From IMG/VR virus record IMGVR_UViG_3300029305_006521, positions 1 through 64,000 of that record: 64,000 nucleotides of DNA. One strand, written 5' to 3'. How positions within the stretch are numbered: position 1 is the stretch's first letter; every line of letters begins with the position of its first letter. The notes beneath the pieces were generated by a model. That model did not search any database, had not been told where the DNA came from, and saw nothing but the letters and a program-made list of their open reading frames with translations. The DNA is from a virus (lineage: Duplodnaviria > Caudoviricetes). Shown piece after piece: positions 56,885 through 64,000 of this stretch. The translations under genes and the position numbers were made by a program.

Positions 56885-57226
56885 ATGACTAACCGTGAAT
56901 TCTTCGAAGCTATCGTATCTAACACTTCCCTCTCTGCTGAAATGCATGAGCACGCCGAAAAGGAAATCGCTCGTATTGATGCCGCCAATGAGAAGGCCGC
57001 CGCGAAGCGTGCTGAAAAGGCAGCTGAAGATCAGCCCCTGCTCGATGCACTGACTGCTGCGCTGACCACTGAATTCCAGACCGCCTCCGATCTGAAGAGT
57101 GTAATTGAGTGCTCTGTACAGAAGACCTCTTCTCTGCTTCGTAAGCTTGTTAAGGCAAACGTAGCTGTTGATGGCGAAGTAAAGATTCCCAAGAAGGGTA
57201 TGCAGAAGGCTTATAAGCTGGCTTAA
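56885..57226 (+). CDS. Winged-helix DNA-binding protein (paralogue of 52819-53190)
   Basis: TASDL...SVQKTSSLLRKLV HTH, ends KAYKLA; strongly biased codons. Confidence 0.7.
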   Translation: MTNREFFEAIVSNTSLSAEMHEHAEKEIARIDAANEKAAAKRAEKAAEDQPLLDALTAALTTEFQTASDLKSVIECSVQKTSSLLRKLVKANVAVDGEVKIPKKGMQKAYKLA

Positions 57227-57243
57227 CGTATACGAATACATAG

Positions 57244-57274
57244 AAAAAGACACCGAAAGGTGTCTTTTTTTTTT
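57244..57274 (+). terminator. Intrinsic terminator
   Basis: AAAAAGACACC-GAAA-GGTGTCTTTTT plus long T-run. Confidence 0.9.
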
Positions 57275-57426
57275 TGATTCAAAAAATTTTTTTATTTTGA
57301 AAAATTTGCAAGGGGTTTGAAATTTTGCCAGGTATTTTTACTCCCCACTGCCAATCATCTCTCTTTTTGAGCATCGCCCCGTCATGTGAACCACCACACC
57401 ATTTTTTAACCACCAGCAACATAATC

Positions 57427-57780
57427 TACGTATTCTACTACGTAGAGCACTGCGTCGAAACCTGCGTTGATGACAACTGGATAACTTTCTCCGCTACTAT
57501 CCCCTTGGCCCTCGCCCTTAATAACGTAATTAAATACGTATACTTCTACGTTGTCGTGAATTTGCCTTTCCGCCCTTGGCGAAAGTCAAATTCAGCGCTG
57601 CGCGCATTGTCTTGACTGACCCTAGATTACCCTTTATCCTACCTGGCCCTTAATTACGTTTAAGTATAAATATACTATTACGTATACTACTACGTTTATT
57701 AATACGTTAATAATTAATTATATTACTATATATATTAATACGTACTTAATAACGTATACTAATACGTATTCATCTACGTA
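57427..57780. repeat. Degenerate 12-bp-periodic repeat with WACGTW core
   Basis: Cores start at 57427, 57439, 57523, 57535, 57547, 57655, 57679, 57691, 57703, 57739, 57751, 57763, 57775; all in the same phase modulo 12. Confidence 0.8.
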
Positions 57781-57968
57781 TTAAAGTCTTTTTTCTCTCT
57801 TGGTTCCTCTACAATTTTCCGAAAATTTTTCTCTCTCAAATTTTACATTATGATTTTCTGCAAAATTTTCCTCAAAATTCCATTGGACTCTGCGGCCGAT
57901 GCTATTCTCAACGCTGATTTTTCCCAGAATTTTTTATCATTAGCCGCAACCAACAAAAAAAAGACTGC

Positions 57969-58127
57969 TTAATCAAGCAGCCATTCATCTTCAACTTCAA
58001 TCAATCTAACATCTCGCCTTGGAGCAGCATACTTTACACCATGATACTCCCAACTTACCATACCATTCTGCTCCATAATATTCTCAATTTCAGAAAAATT
58101 AAAATAACTAAACCTTTTCTCGTCCAT
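57969..58127 (-). CDS. 52-aa hypothetical protein (absent from ORF track)
   Basis: MDEKRFSYFNFSEIENIMEQNG...; coupled to the upstream stop; hairpin plus U-run over its stop. Confidence 0.65.
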   Translation of the reverse strand: MDEKRFSYFNFSEIENIMEQNGMVSWEYHGVKYAAPRRDVRLIEVEDEWLLD

Positions 58128-58351
58128 TATCTCCCTCTTCTTCCTACAACTATCTGCTCATCATCAGGAAAACAATCAACCAATGATTCAATACAATCAA
58201 CACAGTAAACTCTTTTTGCTTTTTCAACATCATTTTTTGTTTTCAAAAGCTGCCACTGAATTGCACCACCTTCATTGGGATTAATCACTTTTGTAATAAC
58301 TGCCGCGAAATCAGTAACAGAAGTTTCACAACGACAACAATATTTAGCCAT
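58127..58351 (-). CDS. Small Zn-finger protein
   Basis: CCRC...CVDC. Confidence 0.65.
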   Translation of the reverse strand: MAKYCCRCETSVTDFAAVITKVINPNEGGAIQWQLLKTKNDVEKAKRVYCVDCIESLVDCFPDDEQIVVGRRGR

Positions 58352-58702
58352 TTATTTTCCTTCCTTTCTAATTGATTCAAGTTCTTCGATAACAATTTCC
58401 ATTATTGTTCTTTTATCTTGATCAGTAATCTTATAACCAAGCTTATTTAATCTTTCATCAACTTTAGTATAAACATCATTCAAATGTTTTTCATAATAAA
58501 CATTAATATTTGTTTCATCAATTAAACCTGCTTGCTTTCTCTTTAAATATTCCAGAAAATATTCACCAGATAAAGTTAATTGAGATTTAAAAAATGCTTT
58601 CCTTACGCTCTTTTTCAAGTTCAACCAAAATATTTCTAAATTTAATTTCACGTTGTTCCACTTGCTCTTCATCATCTTTGTATATATATCCTGCATAATC
58701 AA
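58352..58702 (-). CDS. Hypothetical protein
   Basis: ORF overlapping the kinase 3' end; start uncertain. Confidence 0.5.
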   Translation of the reverse strand: MIMQDIYTKMMKSKWNNVKLNLEIFWLNLKKSVRKAFFKSQLTLSGEYFLEYLKRKQAGLIDETNINVYYEKHLNDVYTKVDERLNKLGYKITDQDKRTIMEIVIEELESIRKEGK

Positions 58703-59333
58703 TAATTACCAAATTATCATTATCATCATAACCTACATTACCACAATGTAAATCATCAATTTCAGCAAAATTAAGAAATTGAAAAAGCCTATCAGCTTCT
58801 TTATCACCATAATAATCCAGAAAAGCTTGATTCACTGCAGTGGTCTCATCAAAATTGTGATTATACCAAATTTCAACGTCATCATCATCTTCAGAATCAC
58901 CATCATAAAGAGAGTAAAAATGGTCACTTACTCGAGTTTCATCAACATATACTTTCTTCATCACATACACTGGAATCGTTCCCCATTCACATTCAAATGG
59001 TACGAGTTCTGCGGCCGCTGCAAAAAAGTTATCAAAACCCATTTTCTCAGCAAGTTGATAAGTCATTACTTCAATAATACAGTCATTAGGCTTTTCACTA
59101 AATCTGGCCAATCGAGGAATTTTCAACACCCAATCAAAATCATCAAAAACAAATACTGTTCGATAAAGCCCAGATTCTACAGAAAAATCATAAAGTCTCG
59201 TCAACTTTCTATCAGCATCACGCAAACTGTTATCACTGTAATAACCAGTGTCAGGCCGCACCAACCATTCTCCAAGACCACAATCAACCGCGTCTTTCAA
59301 AAAATGATGCATGAATTTCTGAACTTCCTTCAT
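58587..59333 (-). CDS. Protein-kinase-like (PKL fold) enzyme
   Basis: SGLYRTVF Gly-loop, VLKIP lysine, helix-C Glu, DLHCGN catalytic loop, IIDYAG (DFG equivalent). Confidence 0.75.
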   Translation of the reverse strand: MKEVQKFMHHFLKDAVDCGLGEWLVRPDTGYYSDNSLRDADRKLTRLYDFSVESGLYRTVFVFDDFDWVLKIPRLARFSEKPNDCIIEVMTYQLAEKMGFDNFFAAAAELVPFECEWGTIPVYVMKKVYVDETRVSDHFYSLYDGDSEDDDDVEIWYNHNFDETTAVNQAFLDYYGDKEADRLFQFLNFAEIDDLHCGNVGYDDNDNLVIIDYAGYIYKDDEEQVEQREIKFRNILVELEKERKESIF

Positions 59334-59674
59334 TATTCAATCTCCATTCGATCAATTGCTTTAAGAATTAAATAGCTGTAAAACTGTTTATAAAAAGAAG
59401 TATAAAGTTTTGTATTAGCCTTTAAACCATTCTCTTTACAATAATCTCTGAAATAACAACGGAACAAAGCAAAAGTTAAACTATCAAGTTCTTCTTGTTT
59501 AAAAAATATACCATCGGCTGCTTCTCTCCAAATAATATAAACATTTTTATACTTAGTAATTTGAAAAGAACTTTTAGGTGTAGTAATATACCATTTACTT
59601 CCATCCCATTCAATGCAACCATAATCATGATATTTAATCATATATGACGCAAATTCTTTTGCTTCTTTAATCAT
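59333..59674 (-). CDS. Hypothetical protein
   Basis: Start moved to ATG 59674. Confidence 0.6.
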   Translation of the reverse strand: MIKEAKEFASYMIKYHDYGCIEWDGSKWYITTPKSSFQITKYKNVYIIWREAADGIFFKQEELDSLTFALFRCYFRDYCKENGLKANTKLYTSFYKQFYSYLILKAIDRMEIE

Positions 59675-59957
59675 AATTAACCAGCACCCACTCACAATTA
59701 TCCATTTCAGGATTATGCCACTGAAGAACCCAAATGCCGCAATCTTCATAATAAAGACGCATTTCAGTATATTCCATTTCCTTTAGAAGAGGAATCATCT
59801 GAGAAATCTGTTCCCATTTCCCAGACACATGAGAGACTGTTTCATTCAACTGTTCATCAAAAGGTATCGCTACAATTTCACTTTCATCATAAGCATGACT
59901 TTCCATCAACTCTTGAACTACTTCTTCTTTAAAATCACTTAGAAAAAAATCTCTCAT
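59667..59957 (-). CDS. Hypothetical protein
   Basis: SD AGGAG. Confidence 0.7.
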   Translation of the reverse strand: MRDFFLSDFKEEVVQELMESHAYDESEIVAIPFDEQLNETVSHVSGKWEQISQMIPLLKEMEYTEMRLYYEDCGIWVLQWHNPEMDNCEWVLVNYD

Positions 59958-59958
59958 T

Positions 59959-60282
59959 TTATTCTCCTAAATCAATATATTTTGTTAAAAATAAATCTTC
60001 AATAGTAAAGGTTGGCAAAGTTAAAACTTCTTCTTCTTTAATGCCTGTGCCAATAATAAGATTAACAAAGTCATATTCTTCAATCTTACCGCAAATAGGA
60101 CAATAAGAAGCTTTTACCAACTTATAAACCGGAACTCTTCCATGGACTTCGTCAAAAGAAGGTACCGGCGCCCTCAACATACAAGGTTGATATTCATGTT
60201 TATGTTTGGACTTCTTCGGCGGCCGACGCTGTGATTTCTTTCGATACTTTACTTCTTCATCTTCGTACATAGTCATCACCAA
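59959..60282 (-). CDS. Hypothetical protein with basic N-terminus and HKH...C...CPIC motif
   Basis: ORF track; coupled to neighbours. Confidence 0.7.
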   Translation of the reverse strand: MVMTMYEDEEVKYRKKSQRRPPKKSKHKHEYQPCMLRAPVPSFDEVHGRVPVYKLVKASYCPICGKIEEYDFVNLIIGTGIKEEEVLTLPTFTIEDLFLTKYIDLGE

Positions 60283-60506
60283 ATAAAATTATGTTTTATC
60301 TCAGAAAAAAATTCATAAGTAAGACCATCTAATTCATAAACCATAGAATCGCCAATGGGAGAAAGATAAAAAATTTCTTCAATACCTTCAAAATTATTCT
60401 CAAGATTCTTTGCGGCATCACTCAAACTATCACCCATTACAATACCCATCTTATCAGCAAGTTCATTATCTTCCCAAACAGTGATTTTAAACAGATTCAA
60501 ATTCAT
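60276..60506 (-). CDS. Hypothetical acidic protein
   Basis: ATG 60506 after AAGGAG. Confidence 0.7.
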   Translation of the reverse strand: MNLNLFKITVWEDNELADKMGIVMGDSLSDAAKNLENNFEGIEEIFYLSPIGDSMVYELDGLTYEFFSEIKHNFIW

Positions 60507-60670
60507 TCTCTTTCTCCTTTCTTCTTTATAAAGCAAGAAGATAATCAACCTAAGAGCGTACTCAGCACAAATGCCTTATGGGTGTTTCAGGGTTGCTCGT
60601 ATTGACTGTTTAAGAGCAAGCTACTATCAACTATCCTTTTTCACTTTCTCTCTTCTCACTTTCTATAATT

Positions 60671-60699
60671 ATTATAACACAAATTTCAAAAAAAAGCAA
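60671..60699 (-). promoter_or_regulatory. Sigma-A promoter with the ATAGAAAGTGAGA leader
   Basis: TTGCTT-17-TATAAT with TG on the minus strand. Confidence 0.75.
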
Positions 60700-60753
60700 A
60701 TTAAATGCTTTTATCTTCCAAACAAAAACACTCAATTTGCTTTTAAAATTTTA

Positions 60754-60996
60754 TTAAATATCTCTAAAACAAAATTCTCCACCACACCTACACTTAACTA
60801 CAGCAATATCACCAAGAGAAGTAGGAGTAAACTCATAAGAGAAGCGGGCGCCGTAACCCATATAATTTTTTGCATAATGTATTTCTTTAATATGTTTTTC
60901 TTGCCAAGCTATTATTTTCTCTGCTTCTTCAGGAAAAACACCAAAAAGCCAACCTTTTTTATCCATTATCATAACGTCGCTGCCTCTCTTATACAA
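60754..60996 (-). CDS. Hypothetical protein
   Basis: GARFSYEFTPTSLG..VKC.CG; true start probably near 60972. Confidence 0.65.
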   Translation of the reverse strand: MYKRGSDVMIMDKKGWLFGVFPEEAEKIIAWQEKHIKEIHYAKNYMGYGARFSYEFTPTSLGDIAVVKCRCGGEFCFRDI

Positions 60997-61370
60997 TCCT
61001 CACAAAGATACTTCTCTTTAGATTTTTCTTTTCCACAGGCTGGACAAATGCCAATAGTAGATTTACAATAAGAATTAATAACTTCTTCTACTTGTGCATA
61101 AGTTGTCCCATATTCATCAACTTCATTATCTGTTAAAATATAAACCCTAAGTTGGCCATACTTTTCTTTTATTTCAAGAATTTCAAAATCTTCTTTAAAG
61201 GGTTCCAGTGTTTGACACATACACAGAAAACTTTCCTGCCAACCTATGGGGACAGAATCCAACCAAGTAAAATTATAAGTGCGGTCGCAATCAAGAAAAG
61301 GATAAAGCCTACAAAGCTCTCTATTTTCTTTTACTGTATCATTCATCCAATCTTTCATTTCATTACTCAT
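60969..61370 (-). CDS. Hypothetical protein with KEKYG.LR motif and C-terminal Zn-ribbon
   Basis: GW...IKEKYGQLRVY...CPACG...LCEDC. Confidence 0.7.
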   Translation of the reverse strand: MSNEMKDWMNDTVKENRELCRLYPFLDCDRTYNFTWLDSVPIGWQESFLCMCQTLEPFKEDFEILEIKEKYGQLRVYILTDNEVDEYGTTYAQVEEVINSYCKSTIGICPACGKEKSKEKYLCEDCIREAATL

Positions 61371-61617
61371 TTTCCACCTCTATTAACTGGCCGCAAGTAG
61401 GACAATAATTATAAACAATAGAAGGTTCTATATCTACAACAGGCTGTTCTTCTTCTGCAAAACTATTAATTCCAATTATTGCTATCACTATAGCAACAAC
61501 CATTAATCCTGCTACTAAATAATTTTTATCTGCAACTGAGAAACAAAAAATTACAACAAACAAAGCAATAAGCAATCCAGGAATAAAAATACTCAAAAAA
61601 GTTCCAAAAATTGTCAT
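61363..61617 (-). CDS. Two-TM membrane protein with C-terminal CPTCG
   Basis: Start moved to the ATGA overlap at 61617. Confidence 0.65.
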   Translation of the reverse strand: MTIFGTFLSIFIPGLLIALFVVIFCFSVADKNYLVAGLMVVAIVIAIIGINSFAEEEQPVVDIEPSIVYNYCPTCGQLIEVENE

Positions 61618-61772
61618 AGCTTCTTCAACTCCCATGTCATAAGCAACCACACAGCACGGCAGAGGCAATAAATGATATCATTCTGCCAAATCTCGGCACG
61701 AGTACCGCCAAGCCTTTCCATTGCAGTTTCCATTTGTTGAAGAACTTCAACTATATATTCACGCTTAGTCAT
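61614..61772 (-). CDS. 52-aa hypothetical protein (absent from ORF track)
   Basis: MTKREYIVEVLQQMETAMERLGG...; SD AAGGAGG. Confidence 0.65.
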   Translation of the reverse strand: MTKREYIVEVLQQMETAMERLGGTRAEIWQNDIIYCLCRAVWLLMTWELKKL

Positions 61773-62100
61773 TATATTCCTCCTTATCCATCTTTGCGCC
61801 GCAATGGGGACAGTATTTTGTTGTTTCCCCCTTTTTTTCTACATTACATTCTGAACATTCGTGTACACGCCAGCAATTACCACGCCCATCAATCTGCCAA
61901 CTCGAATCCCCGTACCAACCTTTGTCTATCCACCGTCCATGCCGCACTTCCACTACATCGGCGGCGGGAGTATTTTTTATAGCCCGTTTTGCACTCAGAT
62001 ATATTTCCCTATATTCAGAATTAAAGTCAAAGTCATGTCCCATTGCTTCAAGAAATATTTGTCTTAGTGCTTCTTCACGCTCTATATATTCTTTACTCAT
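61765..62100 (-). CDS. Zn-ribbon phage protein
   Basis: YIEREEAL...PAADVVEVRHGRWI...CSEC...YCPHCGAKMD. Confidence 0.75.
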   Translation of the reverse strand: MSKEYIEREEALRQIFLEAMGHDFDFNSEYREIYLSAKRAIKNTPAADVVEVRHGRWIDKGWYGDSSWQIDGRGNCWRVHECSECNVEKKGETTKYCPHCGAKMDKEEYND

Positions 62101-62383
62101 AAACATAATCCTCATCTACATGAACAAATTCTTGATAAATCTTCTCTTCAAGAAGGAATTTCTGCCCATCTTTTGCTAAGTTTAACATTTCATCAATCAA
62201 TGATTTAAGTCCTTCAACAGTGGTTTCACCATCGTAATCAAATGCTATACCTCTAATAAGTTCAAGGCAACTCTCTACGCTATTAGGTACAGAGATATGA
62301 TTTTTATAAATTTTCATATTGTTATCCCTATAAGGATTAGTATATGAAGGATAACAATAATTTCCATCGTTATTGACAGACAA
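62093..62383 (-). CDS. Hypothetical protein
   Basis: ORF track; start uncertain. Confidence 0.55.
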   Translation of the reverse strand: MSVNNDGNYCYPSYTNPYRDNNMKIYKNHISVPNSVESCLELIRGIAFDYDGETTVEGLKSLIDEMLNLAKDGQKFLLEEKIYQEFVHVDEDYVYE

Positions 62384-62483
62384 AGATATGTTATTTTAGA
62401 AAAACGACGGTAGTTTTTATAATAAAGCACCGCATTGATTTGCCATATTATTGCTGCAACTATATTAACTATAATTTCAAACA

Positions 62484-63404
62484 TTATGCGTTCTCCTTAT
62501 CTGCTTCATTAAGTTCCTGAATCAAACCAACAATTTCTTCATCATCAATCCATTCATACAAACTCTTCAAAGCTTTTTCATCCCTCAGAAAAGGTTCCAT
62601 ATGATACTGAATTACCATAGCACGCTTATACTTTTCAAAACCATCGGTATCATTTTCATCAACAAGCAAACTCAAATAAGCACCAACAAAACCATGCCCA
62701 TAATAATGAGCCTGCCCATCAACCTTGCCATTCAACTTTTGGAAATCCTTTGTAAAAGGTTTCCCGAAATCATGAAGTGCGCCAACTTTCCAATATTTCG
62801 AGAAAGGTTCACCCATCGCGGCCGCCACTTTCAAAGAATGTTCAAGTACATCATACTGATGGTGCTCATTGTTGTGAGGAATATCAATTACTTTCAATAC
62901 ATCACCCCAAGGAATAATCTGACTGTTAAGATAATATGCAATACTATCCCAACCTTCATCATACCAAGGAAGACAAATCGTCTTAAAATGATGTTCAATT
63001 ACACAAATTGGTACGTGACGTCCTCTTTTCTGGTTATTCTTCAAACAATCTTCAAAAGAAGTAACCATAACCACAGCAATAAACTTTACTTCAATGTCAT
63101 GCGCTTCACAAAAAATCTTGAAAGTTTTAAGTACTCCGCGGCGACGCTTGCGAGAAAGATTAGTAGCATCATAAATTACATTATGCCCTGCTTGCAAAGA
63201 ATCCATGATGCGATTATGAAGAATATTAAAAACATACTGAGGATTCTGCTGATTATTTGCATTACCCCAAAGTTCTTCACGAAGATCATCAGAAGAATGA
63301 ATATCCCATTCCTCACCATCACATTTCCTATTATAGATATAATCTTTTGCCCAAGTAGACTTACCACAACCACTGGGACCAATAAGCATAATGAATTCTT
63401 GCAT
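62484..63404 (-). CDS. Polynucleotide kinase (AAA_33-type P-loop) fused to an HD phosphohydrolase domain
   Basis: GPSGCGKST, SSDDLR, YDATNL; C-terminal H...LHDFGKP...HYYGH...YHM...D. Confidence 0.8.
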   Translation of the reverse strand: MQEFIMLIGPSGCGKSTWAKDYIYNRKCDGEEWDIHSSDDLREELWGNANNQQNPQYVFNILHNRIMDSLQAGHNVIYDATNLSRKRRRGVLKTFKIFCEAHDIEVKFIAVVMVTSFEDCLKNNQKRGRHVPICVIEHHFKTICLPWYDEGWDSIAYYLNSQIIPWGDVLKVIDIPHNNEHHQYDVLEHSLKVAAAMGEPFSKYWKVGALHDFGKPFTKDFQKLNGKVDGQAHYYGHGFVGAYLSLLVDENDTDGFEKYKRAMVIQYHMEPFLRDEKALKSLYEWIDDEEIVGLIQELNEADKENA

Positions 63405-63417
63405 TATCTTCTCTCCT

Positions 63418-63723
63418 TTAACGAAGTACTACACCATTAAGTTTTTCATTGGTATGAAGTATTTCAGGTTCTTTGCGCTCTTCACTACGTTCACGCCAAC
63501 CATATTTTACCAGTTCCATATACTGTTCTTTATTAAGAGATACAATAGTTTCACCAAGACAGTCTACTACGAAACTCAACATTGAACCATTATAATACTT
63601 TGAAACAATACTGGCGGCCTCATCAAAACTGTAGGCTTCAAGACAATGATAACCAACTTCCTTCTTACGCGTGGCTTCGCTCCAATAACAAACTTTAAAA
63701 AGATAAGTAAATCTCTGTTCCAT
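63418..63723 (-). CDS. Hypothetical protein
   Basis: SD GAGGAG. Confidence 0.7.
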   Translation of the reverse strand: MEQRFTYLFKVCYWSEATRKKEVGYHCLEAYSFDEAASIVSKYYNGSMLSFVVDCLGETIVSLNKEQYMELVKYGWRERSEERKEPEILHTNEKLNGVVLR

Positions 63724-63724
63724 C

Positions 63725-63868
63725 TTATTCTATCTCCTCTATAATCACTTCATCAACAGAATTAAACCAATTACAATAATCAGAATCACAATATTCTTGA
63801 GCTTTTTCTAGTGCTTCCCAAGGATTATCTGCTTCGACTTCTTTATTGAAAGTTACTTGATACTTCAT
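63725..63868 (-). CDS. 47-aa acidic protein (absent from ORF track), resembles 55699-55860
   Basis: MKYQVTFNKEVEADNPWEALEKAQEY...; SD GAGGT. Confidence 0.6.
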   Translation of the reverse strand: MKYQVTFNKEVEADNPWEALEKAQEYCDSDYCNWFNSVDEVIIEEIE

Positions 63869-64000
63869 CTTTCTACCTCACAATAATCCTTCAAAATAAT
63901 ATCTACGCAGTTTTCAAAATCAAGTTCATCAAGTTCTTCTTCAGTAGCATTGGGAAAATATTCCCTAATAATTTTATCATATTCGCTACCACAAAACATC

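Noticed and set aside
57325-57615. 96-aa ORF in the convergence zone
   Set aside because: TTG start without SD; the xxYV periodicity reflects the DNA repeat, which continues past the stop
58779-63440. Long plus-strand ORFs 58779-59375, 60571-61071 and 62601-63440
   Set aside because: Antisense shadows of well-supported minus-strand genes
1-64000. tRNA or rRNA genes
   Set aside because: No cloverleaf with a GTTCRA T-loop or rRNA-like segment was found by eye in the intergenic regions

Overview
The whole window reads as part of a large, AT-rich tailed dsDNA phage. It is siphovirus-like, with a head module organised like SPbeta/c-st-type phages. The host is inferred to be a spore-forming Bacillota/Clostridia from the sigma-A promoters, strong SD sequences and a SpoVT-like gene. 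Layout: (1) 1-3800 (+) nucleotide metabolism and recombination genes (nrdD 3' end, nrdG, FTR-like, divergent ThyX-like, dUTPase, RuvC-like). (2) 3834-6814 (-) a six-gene Gly/Cys/Asn/Gln-rich cassette whose first SD lies in a perfect hairpin. (3) 6940-48019 (-) the morphogenesis region: tail fibres, Tal, Dit, tape measure, two tail-tube paralogues, head-tail genes, capsid, scaffold/protease, portal, terminase and an HTH/Zn-finger regulator. (4) 48250-57270 (+) an array of small transcription units built as terminator, then a 21-bp palindrome TTTAGATGT-N3-ACATCTAAA, then a sigma-A promoter, SD and ORF(s). The palindrome occurs 14 times and lies 7-8, 18 or 28 bp upstream of the -35 box, i.e. helically phased. 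This region also holds a type III hammerhead ribozyme, a mini-pseudoknot leader shared by two wHTH paralogues and a candidate sRNA. (5) 57270-57960 a non-coding convergence zone with 13 WACGTW motifs in one 12-bp register. (6) 57970-64000 (-) accessory genes including a protein-kinase-like and a PNK-HD protein. No tRNA, rRNA, CRISPR array, integrase or recognisable endolysin was seen. All calls were made by eye; no database searches were run.
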